Positions 10,221 to 24,075 of a stretch of 64,000 bases of DNA are shown in pieces. The stretch's first letter is position 1, and each line of letters opens with the position of its first letter. A model generated the notes under the pieces. It ran no database searches, was not told the origin of the DNA, and saw only the letters and a list, made by a program, of their open reading frames with translations. This DNA comes from Eledone cirrhosa (Eukaryota). The position numbers and the translations under genes are program-made. Location: assembly GCA_964016885.1 (NCBI GenBank), contig OZ024741.1, forward strand, positions 65,720,001-65,784,000, given 5' to 3'.

Positions 10221-13200
10221 ATGTGTTTGAGTGACTGTCTGTGTGTGTCTTTGAGATTGAATGAGTGAATGTGTGTATGTGTGTGTATGTGTATGTATGT
10301 GTTTGAGTGACTGTCTGTGTGTGTCTTTGAGATTGAATGAGTGAATGTGTGTATGTGTGTGTATGTGTATGTATGTGTTTGAGTGACTGTCTGTGTGTGT
10401 CTTTGAGATTGAATGAGTGAATGTGTGTATGTGTGTATGTGTATGTATGTGTTTGAGTGACTGTCTGTGTGTGTCTTTGAGATTGAATGAGTGAATGTGT
10501 GTATGTGTGTGTATGTGTTTGAGTGACTGTCTGTGTGTGTCTTTGAGATTGAATGAGTGAATGTGTGTATGTGTGTGTATGTGTGTGTATGTGTATGTAT
10601 GTGTTTGAGTGACTGTCTGTGTGTGTCTTTGAGATTGAATGAGTGAATGTGTGTATGTGTGTGTATGTGTGTGTATGTATATGTATGTGTCTGAGTGACT
10701 GTCTGTGTGTGTCTTTGAGATTGAATGAGTGAATGTGTGTATGTGTGTGTATGTGTATGTATGTGTTTGAGTGACTGTCTGTGTGTGTCTTTGAGATTGA
10801 ATGAGTGTATGTGTGTATGTGTGTGTATGTGTATGTATGTGTTTGAGTGACTGTCTGTGTGTGTCTTTGAGATTGAATGAGTGAATGTGTGTATGTGTGT
10901 GTATGTGTGTGTATGTGTTTGAGTGACTGTCTGTGTGTGTCTTTGAGATTGAATGAGTGAATGTGTGTATGTGTGTGTATGTGTGTGTATGTGTATGTAT
11001 GTGTTTGAGTGACTGTCTGTGTGTGTCTTTGAGATTGAATGAGTGAATGTGTGTATGTGTGTGTATGTGTGTGTATGTATATGTATGTGTCTGAGTGACT
11101 GTCTGTGTGTGTCTTTGAGATTGAATGAGTGAATGTGTGTATGTGTGTGTATGTGTATGTATGTGTTTGAGTGACTGTCTGTGTGTGTCTTTGAGATTGA
11201 ATGAGTGAATGTGTGTATGTGTGTGTATGTGTGTATGTGTATGTATGTGTTTGAGTGACTGTCTGTGTGTGTCTTTGAGATTGAATGAGTGAATGTGTGT
11301 ATGTGTGTGTATGTGTGTGTATGTGTATGTATGTGTTTGAGTGACTGTCTGTGTGTGTCTTTGAGATTGAATGAGTGAATGTGTGTATGTGTGTGTATGT
11401 GTGTGTATGTGTATGTATGTGTTTGAGTGACTGTCTGTGTGTGTCTTTGAGATTGAATGAGTGAATGTGTGTATGTGTGTGTATGTGTGTGTATGTGTTT
11501 GAGTGACTGTCTGTGTGTGTCTTTGAGATTGAATGAGTGAATGTGTGTATGTGTGTGTATGTGTGTATGTGTATGTATGTGTTTGAGTGACTGTCTGTGT
11601 GTGTCTTTGAGATTGAATGAGTGAATGTATGTATGTGTGTGTATGTGTGTGTATGTGTTTGAGTGACTGTCTGTGTGTGTCTTTGAGATTGAATGAGTGA
11701 ATGTGTGTATGTGTGTATATGTGTGTGTATGTGTATGTATGTGTTTGAGTGACTGTCTGTGTGTGTCTTTGAGATTGAATGAGTGAATGTGTGTATGTGT
11801 GTATGTGTATGTATGTGTTTGAGTGACTGTCTGTGTGTGTCTTTGAGATTGAATGAGTGAATGTGTGTATGTGTGTGTATGTGTGTGTATGTGTATGTAT
11901 GTGTTTGAGTGACTGTCTGTGTGTGTCTTTGAGATTGAATGAGTGAATGTGTGTATGTGTGTGTATGTGTGTGTATGTATATGTATGTGTCTGAGTGACT
12001 GTCTGTGTGTGTCTTTGAGATTGAATGAGTGAATGTGTGTATGTGTGTGTATGTGTATGTATGTGTTTGAGTGACTGTCTGTGTGTGTCTTTGAGATTGA
12101 ATGAGTGAATGTGTGTATGTGTGTGTATGTGTGTATGTGTATGTATGTGTTTGAGTGACTGTCTGTGTGTGTCTTTGAGATTGAATGAGTGAATGTGTGT
12201 ATGTGTGTGTATGTGTGTGTATGTGTATGTATGTGTTTGAGTGACTGTCTGTGTGTGTCTTTGAGATTGAATGAGTGAATGTGTGTATGTGTGTGTATGT
12301 GTATGTATGTGTTTGAGTGACTGTCTGTGTGTGTCTTTGAGATTGAATGAGTGAATGTGTGTATGTGTGTGTATGTGTGTATGTGTATGTATGTGTTTGA
12401 GTGACTGTCTGTGTGTGTCTTTGAGATTGAATGAGTGAATGTGTGTATGTGTGTGTATGTGTGTGTATGTGTATGTATGTGTTTGAGTGACTGTCTGTGT
12501 GTGTCTTTGAGATTGAATGAGTGAATGTGTGTATGTGTGTGTATGTGTGTGTATGTGTATGTATGTGTTTGAGTGACTGTCTGTGTGTGTCTTTGAGATT
12601 GAATGAGTGAATGTATGTATGTGTGTGTATGTGTGTGTATGTGTTTGAGTGACTGTCTGTGTGTGTCTTTGAGATTGAATGAGTGAATGTGTGTATGTGT
12701 GTATATGTGTGTGTATGTGTATGTATGTGTTTGAGTGACTGTCTGTGTGTGTCTTTGAGATTGAATGAGTGAATGTGTGTATGTGTGTATGTGTATGTAT
12801 GTGTTTGAGTGACTGTCTGTGTGTGTCTTTGAGATTGAATGAGTGAATGTGTGTATGTGTGTGTATGTGTGTGTATGTGTATGTATGTGTTTGAGTGACT
12901 GTCTGTGTGTGTCTTTGAGATTGAATGAGTGAATGTGTGTATGTGTGTATGTGTATGTATGTGTTTGAGTGACTGTCTGTGTGTGTCTTTGAGATTGAAT
13001 GAGTGAATGTGTGTATGTGTGTGTATGTGTGTGTATGTGTATGTATGTGTTTGAGTGACTGTCTGTGTGTGTCTTTGAGATTGAATGAGTGAATGTGTGT
13101 ATGTGTGTGTATGTGTGTGTATGTATATGTATGTGTCTGAGTGACTGTCTGTGTGTGTCTTTGAGATTGAATGAGTGAATGTGTGTATGTGTGTGTATGT

Positions 13201-14347
13201 GTATGTATGTGTTTGAGTGACTGTCTGTGTGTGTCTTTGAGATTGAATGAGTGAATGTGTGTATGTGTGTGTATGTGTGTATGTGTATGTATGTGTTTGA
13301 GTGACTGTCTGTGTGTGTCTTTGAGATTGAATGAGTGAATGTGTGTATGTGTGTGTATGTGTGTGTATGTGTATGTATGTGTTTGAGTGACTGTCTGTGT
13401 GTGTCTTTGAGATTGAATGAGTGAATGTGTGTATGTGTGTATGTGTATGTATGTGTTTGAGTGACTGTCTGTGTGTGTCTTTGAGATTGAATGAGTGAAT
13501 GTGTGTATGTGTGTGTATGTGTATGTATGTGTTTGAGTGACTGTCTGTGTGTGTCTTTGAGATTGAATGAGTGAATGTGTGTATGTGTGTGTATGTGTGT
13601 GTATGTGTATGTATGTGTTTGAGTGACTGTCTGTGTGTGTCTTTGAGATTGAATGAGTGAATGTGTGTATGTGTGTGTATGTGTATGTATGTGTTTGAGT
13701 GACTGTCTGTGTGTGTCTTTGAGATTGAATGAGTGAATGTGTGTATGTGTGTGTATGTGTATGTATGTGTTTGAGTGACTGTCTGTGTGTGTCTTTGAGA
13801 TTGAATGAGTGAATGTGTGTATGTGTGTGTATGTGTGTGTATGTGTATGTATGTGTTTGAGTGACTGTCTGTGTGTGTCTTTGAGATTGAATGAGTGAAT
13901 GTGTGTATGTGTGTATGTGTATGTATGTGTTTGAGTGACTTTCTGTGTGTGTCTTTGAGATTGAATGAGTGAATGTGTGTATGTGTGTATGTGTATGTAT
14001 GTGTTTGAGTGACTGTCTGTGTGTGTCTTTGAGATTGAATGAGTGAATGTGTGTATGTGTGTATATGTGTGTATGTGTTTGAGTGACTGTCTGTGTGTGT
14101 CTTTGAGATTGAATGAGTGAATGTGTGTATGTGTGTGTATGTGGGTATGTGTATGTATGTGTTTGAGTGACTGTCTGTGTGTGTCTTTGAGATTGAATGA
14201 GTGAATGTGTGTATGTGTGTGTGTGTATGTGTGTGTATGTGTATGTATGTGTTTGAGTGACTGTCTGTGTGTGTCTTTGAGATTGAATGAGTGAATGTGT
14301 GTATGTGCGTGTATGTGTGTATGTGTATGTATGTGTGTATGTGTATG
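10221..14347. repeat. Satellite array of about 50-55 units of ~70-80 bp
   Basis: Near-invariant core gtgtttgagtgactgtctgtgtgtgtctttgagattgaatgagtgaat followed by a variable (gtgtgtat/gtat)n linker. Confidence 0.97.
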
Positions 14348-14396
14348 TTATATATCTTAGCTGGAAGAGAGCCAGATAACTATATGCCTTACTAAC

Positions 14397-14475
14397 AGTC
14401 TCTTCTAGTTTTTATTTCAATAATAGGTCGTAGTAGTTGTTGTGCCTCATCTTCATCATAATGTACTTTGTTCAT
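14397..14475 (-). CDS. Putative first coding exon of an unidentified minus-strand gene (MNKVHYDEDEAQQLLRPIIEIKTRRD)
   Basis: ATG at 14475 in non-repetitive sequence, protein-like composition, and a GTTAGT donor just before the in-frame stop. No downstream exon was identified in the window. Confidence 0.35.
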
Positions 14476-15015
14476 AACTTCACAATTACCAAGAGAGAGT
14501 GATTAAGTAAGATGATTGACACCTCTCACCGGCAATGTCTAATTAATATGCTGGTATAGCCCCGCCACTACACACACCTGTCCCCCAAAAATAATTTAAA
14601 ACAAGCATAAATGTATTGTTAATGCTTTGCTGTGGCTTTCATACATTTACTTCCTTCTCTCTCTTTCTTACTCTCTCTCTCTCCATCTCTTTTTAAATTT
14701 CGCTTGTTTGTAATATAGACATCTAAACTGTAATAAAGGGAGGAGTGTGGCACAGCGTCCAGAATATATGTTTTTATCCCGTTTCTAAAATAAGTTGCAT
14801 TACTTTGAATAAATAATTGTTTCTACTTTTGGCACAAGGCCAGCAATTACCCAGCGCATTACTGGTACTTTATTTTAGCGACCCCGTATATCACTTTGAA
14901 TAAACAATGAACGAATATTACATAATTTATTTACTAAATTTCGTTATTCTTGATTAAATATAAATAATTTTGAGCTTATTTTCAGATTCCCTTCTTTAAA
15001 ATGTTCAAATGTCAA

Positions 15016-15025
15016 CACTTCCGGT
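15016..15025. promoter_or_regulatory. ETS/GABP-type motif CACTTCCGGT in a locally CpG-richer unique region
   Basis: Exact ACTTCCGG match about 540 bp upstream of the putative ATG at 14475. Confidence 0.3.
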
Positions 15026-15321
15026 GGCAATCGCTTAAATAAACATTCATATATTTCCGTCACTAATTTTCTCCTAATGCAGTTTATATATAATATCGTC
15101 TTTTTTTAATGTATCATGGATTACGTTACTGATTACATAAGACAGTGTAACACAGTCTTCGTTCAATTTCTGTGTATATTGTCAATTACGGTTTTATTTG
15201 ATGTATCATATCTACATGTATATATACTTGCGTATAATATCAATATGTACATTACACACGCTAGCAGAAAACCACCCGAGGGGTGGTTTTCTGCTAGTGT
15301 ATATAATATTTTGTTATATTA

Positions 15322-15670
15322 CATCATCATCATCATCATCGTTTTACATCCGTTCTTCCACGCTAGCATGGGTTAGACGGGTTGTCCTGTTGTGGGCAGT
15401 GTCCGGTCGGCTGACCATGCTTTTCTCATACGGGAACTGATTCTGGCTTGATTTCTACAGCTGGATGCCCTTCCTAACACCAACCTCATTTACAGTGAGT
15501 GCTGGGTGCTTTTTTTGCCGTGGCACCTCCATGATCACTTTGCAGTGGGAGGGTGTGGGGGTATATTGTCTATATGCTTCAGCTTAGGCTTGTACTTGTG
15601 GGGGGGGGGTGTATTACTGCGTGACGCTAGAGGTCACGGTCGTGTGTCATCACCTTTGAGAGGTGTAATT
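15322..15670 (-). mobile_element. Short 3' copy of the RTE family at 7221-9881, with ORF end and extended UTR
   Basis: Closely similar to 7221-7610, with an internal deletion. Confidence 0.85.
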
Positions 15671-15674
15671 GATA

Positions 15675-15890
15675 TACATCCAGAGTTGACACTACACTCA
15701 GTGCTCCTGTGGGAGCCCCTGCATGGACACACTGGAAGAGGAAGACCGAGGTTAACATATGTTGCTGCCCTAAGGACAAACACTGGTCTGTTGGAGACGC
15801 AGGACATGGCAGCGATAATGAGTGACAGAGACCGCTGGAGAGAACTCGTCCATGGATCTCGGGAATTTTACCTGCTCTAGATAGATATAT
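15675..15890 (+). mobile_element. 3' end of a second RTE-type LINE family
   Basis: VLLWEPLHGHTGRGRPRLTYV...MSDRDRWRELV* followed by an (agat)n tail. Confidence 0.75.
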
Positions 15891-16447
15891 ACATATTTAT
15901 TTATTTATATATCTTTATATATATATATATATTTATTTACATATATATCCCTCTCTATCTATCTCTCTCTATCGCTATTTTATACCCAGGTAAGAAAGGT
16001 CAAACAAAAAAACAGTTATTATTTGACCTGGGTAACCTAATAATGTGACATAACCCATCTAACCCATGAAAGCACAGAAAATAAATGTTAGACAGTGATG
16101 AGGATGATGAGGATTATAATTTCATTATTGTAATATATTATTATCATTATTAAAGAGGTTGACTTTGCCTTTCATCCTTACGGGGTCAATAAAATAAAGT
16201 ACCAGTAATGTACTGGGTATTTGCTGGCCTTGTTCCTAAAGTAGAAACAATTATTAAAGAGTGATGGATTACGGCCCTTTATGTTCTGAGTTCAAATCCT
16301 GCCGAGGTTAACTTTACCTTTCATCCTTGCAGGGTCAATAAAATGAAGTACCAGTAATGTACTGAGGTCGATTTAATCAACTTTCCTTTCCTGTTCAAAT
16401 TGCTGGCCTTATGCCAAATATAGAAACCATTATTATAATTATATAAG

Positions 16448-16633
16448 GGCGGTAAATTGTCAGTATCGGTAGAGGGTCGGACGCCATGCTTTCCAGCATA
16501 GTTACGTCCCTTTACGATCTGAGTTCAAATCCCGCCAAGGTTGACTTTGCCTTTCATCCTTATGGGGTCGATAAAATAAAGTACCAGTAATGCACTGGGT
16601 AATTGCTGGCCTTGTGCCAAAAGTAAAAACAAT
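16448..16633 (+). mobile_element. tRNA-derived SINE with Nin/Deu-like central domain
   Basis: ggcggt..attg.cagtatcggtagag head, gagttcaaatcc B box, and gttgactttgcctttcatcctt..ggggtcgataaaataaagtaccag. Other copies lie at about 16155, 16265, 18360, 19315, 20135, 22860, 24085(-), 46590(-), 53905, 54110 and 59758. Confidence 0.8.
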
Positions 16634-17816
16634 TATATATTAATGATATATAAAATGAAATATATTTTACTAGAATGCAGATTATATTTCCTGGAAACTG
16701 GATGTGTTTTGCACTGCATAGTTATAAGATTATAAATTATGTTTATTATAAACTATGTTTATTATAAACTATGCTATTATAAACTATGTTTATTATCAAG
16801 ATATTCAACAATAAAATCAACATTTAACCACCCAACATGTAATCATGTACAGATACAGAGCACCACGTGGTAGATATCTTATTTGTGAAGATGTATAAGA
16901 CTGTCTAACTAAGACTGTGTCTGTGTGTAAATGCCTGTTTAACCCTAGATTGTCTGTGTGCATGTTTGTGTGTATGTGTGTGTGTGTGTGTAAACGACTG
17001 CCTAACTAAGATTGTCTGTGTATGTAAATGATGTCTAACCTTAGATTGTCTCTGTGTGTGAGTAAATGAGAAGGGTGTGTGTGTGAGTAAATGACAAGGG
17101 TGTGTGTATGTAAGTAAATGAGAAGGGTGTGTGTGTGTGTGTGTGTAAATGAGAAGGGTGTGTGTGTGTAAATGCCTGTCTAACCCTAGATTGACTGTGT
17201 GTATATGTGAGTAAATGACAAGGGTTTTCTCTACAACTAAAGCTTTGTGAATATACCAGTAGCCATGAATGTGTATGTGTGTAAGTAAATGACAAGTGTG
17301 TATGTGTCTGTGTGTTTACATGGCTATAAACCAGTTTAGTGTTCAGGTTTGATGATATAAGGTAGTTTTAATAGGTTTCAGAGGCATGCTATTCATTATT
17401 ACATTCTATTCATCCTAGATTGCTTTTGTTATTTTTCAAATTATTCACAGTAGTGTCAAGTCTTCTTCATATAATCGTCTGCAATTAATTTTTCATTTTC
17501 TTCTTCACACAAAATACTAACAAACAAATACTATATCAAATTGTGGAGTATTTTCTTATTCTCAGCCCAATTGACATCAATATGAAGAAAATAAAATTTA
17601 TTTGTTGATCATCTAGACCTATTTTTTACACCTCATAATCTGAAGTTACTAAAATGTAAAGAGGTTAAGTTACATTATGATATAATACTCCTGTGTCATG
17701 ACCAGTGATGGGCAAACTGCAGCCCCTATGGGCTGAATGTAGCCCATTGCTAGAAATAGGTTTGCCCATGCCAGGTTTAGATTGTGATGAGGCAGGTAAA
17801 AATTATTTCAAAAACT

Positions 17817-17905
<89 letters not shown>

Positions 17906-20742
17906 CAATGTCCCTTTACATGGCTTTTCAATCTGTTATGAATAACTATCAAATTTATCTCAATTCATAATATACTGTCTTTGACTCTTAATGTCCTGTA
18001 CCCCATGAAACTCCTCTAGCAAGACATTCTTGAAAATACAAAACAGCACTATAACTGCAATTTTTCATAACCTGTCCACTAGGAAAACCATTATAAACAT
18101 TTGAATTACATGGGATAAACTACCTGTATCAGTTGTTAGCTGTTGGGACACTGCATCCTTCAAAATTTCCATGCTTCCTGAAATTCGCCAACACTACACC
18201 CGATATTCCCCCTCTATACACATGCACCCATGTATCTGTGTGTATATCATGACTCTGTTCCCTTGTACATTATTCTATGTACTATACATGCACCTTTGAT
18301 GAGTTGTAGTGCACCTGAGCACTGTACACAATAATTTTCATTATTATTATTATTAACAAATCCCGCCGAGGTTGACTTTGCCTTTCATCCTTACGAGGTC
18401 GATAAAATAAAGTACCAGTAATGCACTGGGTAATTGCTGGCCTTGTGCCTAAAGTAGAAATAATTATTATTATTAACAGAACCTATGTTAAGATATTTTC
18501 TGTTAAATCATTACAGAATGTAAAGAGTTAAATTATGTCTAAATCAAAAAGTTGAGATAGTCATTGTTAAAACTACTTTCATCATAAGTCTGCTCAACCA
18601 GAGCTGACTTGGGGCTAAACAACAACAGTACTTGAAGTTTTGATATAGATGTTTTACCTGTTCAGTATAATCAGGAAACTTCAGAGTCAAGATTATGTTT
18701 CATCATCATCATCGCTGTTCTATGTCTATTTTCCATGCTTGCATAGGTTTGACAGGCTATCATACTGAGGAGATTAAACAGCTCAGGTGACCACATCTTG
18801 CTCATATATTCTGTTTTGGGCTTGATTTACTATGACTGGATGCCCTTCATAGTGCCAACCACTTTGCAGCATATACCGTATGTGTTTCAAGTTGTAAAAT
18901 AAAGTTTCAACAATGAAGGCAAGGTGAGGTGGGGTGGCTGTTGCAGCAGGTGTCGCTGGTCATTGTCTATGTAAATACCTTTGCTGTTTTGTCCACAGGG
19001 TGCAACCAAAACATCGCACTGTCTTAGGTGAAGAATTTGTCACCCCTTCCCCCTTTTTTTCATTGCCTAATATTCCTTGCCCCTTTCCTCTCATTTATAT
19101 CATTTATAGTCCTTTCCAATACTACTTTCTTATGTTTAACTAAATATTAAATTCTTTATTATTATTATGTAATTTTATCCTAGAAATATATTTGAGTATT
19201 TTAAAATAAAAATTTGATCCCTTAAAAAAATTGTATCACTATCTAAAAAAAAATATACATACAGGGTGTCCTGCAAAAAATCTTTAAAATAAATTCTGTT
19301 TTATATGCATTATTGGATTGGCAGTATCGGTAGAGGATCGGACACCATGCTTTGACGCATAGAGTTACAGTCCTTGCCATTCTGAGTTCAAATCCCGCCG
19401 AGGTTAACTTTGCCTTTCATCCTTACAGGGTCAATAAAATAAAGTACCAGTAATGCACTGGGTAATTGCTGGCCTTGTGCCAAAAGTAGAAACAATTATT
19501 TAAATTATGTAAACATTTTTGGCTATTTACATACAATTGAATTATGTCTGTAGATCTTTTTATTTTGGGGGAAGGCTGAGCATTCTAATAAATATTGCCT
19601 GTACAGAAAATCAAAGTATATATATACATATATATATATATATTTGATTGTCTACTTCTATACCATTGCTACACTCTAAGAACTTCTGTTTACTAATACT
19701 TTAGTGTTCACTATATACATGGGATCTAGTTGTTTGAGATGTTTGGTGGAGTTGGGTCACTGACAATGAAGTTCTTATCGTTGGTAACTCACCTTATTGA
19801 GGTGTCAGGTGATGCCTGTGAGGGTGCTTAGTTGTTTAGTGCCTTAGCCTCGCCATCAGCCATGGTAATGCTGCAAGCATATTGGCTTGCCTCAAAATAT
19901 TCCATTGACCCATGTGATGTGCGGCCAATTGTTGCACTTGGTAGGGAATTCATGGTCGTTTTTGTTTTTGTTTCCCTATTTTTTTCTTTCTCTCGCTTTG
20001 ATCGTATATTTTGGTGTTGCATTTGTAAGGTTCCTAGCAGTAGTTAACTGAATTTATTATATGTTTATATTTGTGTTTAGACTTTCATTCTGAAAGATTT
20101 GTGAACAATTTGTAATGATATTCGTACAACTAGAGGGCGACAGATTGGCTGTATTGGTATAGCGTCAGACATCATGCTTAGCAGCATAAAGTTACGGCCC
20201 TTTATGGTATGAGTTTAAATCCCACTGAAGTTAGCTTTGTCTTCCATCCTTACAAGGTTGATAAAATAAAGCACCAGTAATCCACTGGGGTCAATTTAAT
20301 CAACTTTCTCCTCCCCTAAAATTGCTGGCCCTGTGCCAATAGTAGAAATCATTTATACAACTGTGAATAAAATTTTTCATTTGTTTGTATCCCGCTTCCA
20401 AAATAAATGCATCATTACAGCTTGTCAAGTATTCCTTTAATTGTATATAGTTAGTCTCATGGCTGGATTAACTATTATGTTAAATCATCTTTTATGGGTT
20501 TAGGGCCTCAAAAGAAATTGATGCTGCTCTGGTTAGTAGGAGGAGAGATAAGGGAAATGGGTGGGAGAATAAGTAAGAGAGAAAGTTGAACTGTGGGAGA
20601 TTACATAGGAGAGACAGTTGGAGTGAGTAAGAAAGTTAGTTGAGTAGGGAGAGTGTAGGGAGAGAGAGGTGAGGGGGAAGTGAGTAAGAAAGTAAGTAGA
20701 GGAATGGAGAGGTGAAAGTAGGAGTAGCAAATCTCCCACCAC

Positions 20743-21375
20743 CACTTCTTCTTTGCCCGATTATTCCTGGGAACATCGTTGGGGCTGAGTTCTCAAGCAC
20801 GCCTTTCAGAGGCTCCTGTCAGAAGCAACTGTCTCCAACTGGTCTGGCTGGATCCCTAAGCGAGACCAGCTTAGCTCATGGATGTTATCCAACCATCTTG
20901 CTCAGGGTTTACCCCTGGGCTGGTTACTGGTTAGTTTTACCCATGCAATTTCTCCAGTGATTCTTTCCTGAGACATTCTAACAACATGTCCATAGTATCG
21001 GAGCTGTGATATCTCAATTCGGAGAAGTAGAGGCTCTACCTGGAGTGACTCTCTGAGCTACACACTCTATCAAGTAACATTACTCCAAAAACCATTCAGA
21101 GGAACCATATTTTAGCCACTTGTATTTGCAATTGCATTCTTTTGGTCATTACCCAAGATTCATGACCATAGGTAAGGTTTAGCATAGATTCCAAATTGAA
21201 GATAGTGAGTTTGCCTTTTACACCTACCTCCCTTCTTCTGGTGACCAAATGCTGAAGCTGATGCATTACTGCACCAGCTCCTGCAATTTTTGCACTTAAT
21301 TCAGCCTTCTAATTTCCATTACTTGTGAATACAGCTTCATGATACTTGAACTTCTCCACCTGCTTCAGGAATGTG
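20743..21375 (-). mobile_element. 3' part of a Rex3/Expander-like RTE LINE
   Basis: LKQVEKFKY..VFTS.G, LTYGHESWVMTKRM and an (aag)n tail. Other 3' fragments of this family are at about 26180-26520, 43535-43860 and 61560-61870. Confidence 0.8.
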
Positions 21376-22245
21376 TTATGGACAGGATCCCATTAGGAAG
21401 GAGGATTTGCCTCTTGAATCTTATGCTGAAAGATAGTCTCTGTGGGTGGTGCAAGTTTATGCACCAAACAGAGAATCTAAATACAGATCCTTCCTTGATG
21501 AAATCACTGCACTGTTAGATGTAGTTACATCTGAATCATATATCCTAATGGGAGACTTCAATGCACATGCTGGCACTGACCACCTGACATGGAAAGGAGT
21601 GATTGGAATAAATGGCAACCCCAATCTAAATACAAAAGGAGAGATCTTATTAGACTTCTGTTCTAGCAATGGACTGTCTATTATGAACACCTTCTTCCAG
21701 CACAGAGATATATACGGGATAGGAGAAATGAGGGACAGAGATCAGTAATTGATTTTATTATTGTCTCTGATCTATTCAATTTTGTGCTAGATGTTTGTGT
21801 TAAGAGAGGGGCTGAGCTGTCAACTGATCACCATATAGTTATCTGCAGCCTGAGACTACCTAAAACAAAGAAATCCCACAAAACTGGTAGGTCCAGCTCG
21901 ACCTACAGAATAAAGTTGGAAGTGCTGGCAGATAAGCAAGTCAGGACCAGGTATACAGATATATTGCATCCAAATTCAGAGAACTCCCTGAGCAAACTGA
22001 AGAGGTTGAAATGGAGTGGAGATTGTTCAGCTCAGCAGTTTCTATTTCAGCCATTAAATGCTGCAGGCGAAAGCAGCTTGGTGTATTGCCAGGCAGCAAG
22101 AGGGCCCCATAGTTCAACCAGGTGGTCAAAGATGCTATCTGAGCAAAAATGTAAGCATACAAAGCTTGGTTTGGAAATAAATCCTCCTTTTTGCATTTGA
22201 GGTACAAGCAAGCACAAAAAGTCACAGCAGAGACAGTAAAGGCTT
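21376..22245 (+). mobile_element. AP-endonuclease region of a Rex3/Expander-like RTE LINE
   Basis: VQVYAPN, ILMGDFNAH.G, LLDFCSSNGLSIMNTFFQH, SVIDFIIVS and GAELSTDHHIV. Confidence 0.85.
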
Positions 22246-23669
22246 CCCCATTACCTTCACAATTAACTGGGTTGTCACATTGCTTCCATTACTTAAAAAG
22301 AGTACAAGATGTCCCCCTAGACAATATGCCTGTCCATCAGTGGGTTAAACCTCTAGCTGCTGCTGGTATTCATTTTTAGTTTAGAATACTGGAGCAATGT
22401 GAAATGAAGTGTTTTGCTCAAGAACACAGTGCACAACCCTGTCTAGGAAACAAATCTGCGTCATTATCATCCTAAGTCCAACATTCTAACCACTAGGCCA
22501 CACACCTTCACACTTGGAAACTTTATATTCTGGTAATGCATCAAGCAGCAAGTCAGTAGTCAGTTTGGAACAGTCCATTCTTCTCCTAGTAACCACACAT
22601 AGCAGGATTGGAGGAACTCAATACTGCAAAATAAGTAAACATTTGTCAATAATATATTGCTCTTAAGGATGGTGGATTGGCATAATTGGCAGAGCATCAG
22701 ATAATATGCTATTGTGTTTGTTCTGGTTCTTTATATTCTAAGATCAAATACTGCAATGGTCAACATTGCCTTATTTTTCTCTTACCAAAAAATTGTTTGC
22801 CTTGTACCTAAGCAGAATTGATAAAAGGCCATTAGATAAAAGGCCATTGTGTTATTTGTTTGGACTCTTTACATTCTGAGTTTAAATCCTGCTGAACCCA
22901 ACTTTGCCTTTCATCCTTCTAGGATTGATAAAATAGAGTAACAGTCAAGTACTGAGGTTGATTTAATCAACTTTGCCCTTTCCCAAAATTTGCTGGCCTT
23001 ATGCCTAAATTAGAAATCAATTATACTCTGCTCCTACTACTTTTAATGGTGAGTCATTCCTACTCTGTGGTATATATGTTGTTTAGCTCGTGATCAAGAA
23101 GACCCATGATCAAACAATTTTCAGTCATGGGAAAGTAGGTTTAGGATTACACTAATATGTGAAGATGACAAATTTATCAATCTAATTCTCTGTTTCTCTT
23201 TCTTTCTCTGGAAGACACCAGCTGTGTTACGACCTGGAGAGGAATGGCTTCCACTGGGCTTAAAATACCCAAGACCCACTGTATGTCAAGACAGTGCTCT
23301 TATGACTTTATCAGAAGATAAAGGCTCTTTATCTTTATATATCTAAGATATCACTTTTTGTTCATAAGAAAGTAGAGTGTGATTCGAAGAAGATTTTGCT
23401 GCTGTTTCTATTTAGTCAAGTGGTTTCGTTTACAGCTAGGTGGATTATTTGAGAGATAAGTGTCATGTTTACAATTGAACCAATATAATATCAATGATGA
23501 GATAAAAACTGCAGAGGCTCATTTGATTCTCAGTCAAATTCTTTATTATCTTGACAATAAAAGAAAAAAAATGATGGATACTTTGTTGGTGTTGATGATG
23601 AGCATTCACTTGTTCAGTCAACTAGACTGCCCACTCATTGAATTAGCATAAAAGTGGCTAATCATCAAA

Positions 23670-24075
23670 ATAGTTCTCAGATCAAATTAGCATGATGCTA
23701 GCTGAGTAATCTAGACACATAACTCAGATCAAATTAGCATGCTGCTGTATGTGTGACGAGCTGAGTATTCTACAGACTCATGTACACTTAACTTAGTTCA
23801 AATTAGCATGATGCTGTATGTGTGAATAACTGATTACTCTACAGACTCATGTTCATAAAGCTCAGATCAAATCAACATGATGCAGTGTTTGGATAGCTGA
23901 GTATTCTACAAACTCATGTACTCATCACAATAGTTCTCAGATCAAATCAACATGATGCAGTATGTATGGCTAGCTGAGTATTCTGCAGACTCATGTACTC
24001 ATCACAATAGTTCTCAGATAAAATCAACATGATGCAGTATTTGGATAGCTGAGTATTCTACAGATTCATGTTCTT
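23670..24075. repeat. Degenerate minisatellite of ~70-80-bp units
   Basis: About 6 copies of ctcagatcaaat.a.catgatgc.gt...agctgagtattctacagactcatgt. Confidence 0.8.

Noticed and set aside
10221-14347. CRISPR-like alternation of a constant repeat and variable spacer
   Set aside because: The spacers are only length variants of a GT/AT microsatellite, there are no cas genes, and the context is eukaryotic.
15116-15376. Plus-strand ORF MDYVTDYIRQ... as a gene start
   Set aside because: It runs into a repeat tail, has no recognisable homology, and no downstream plus-strand exons were found.
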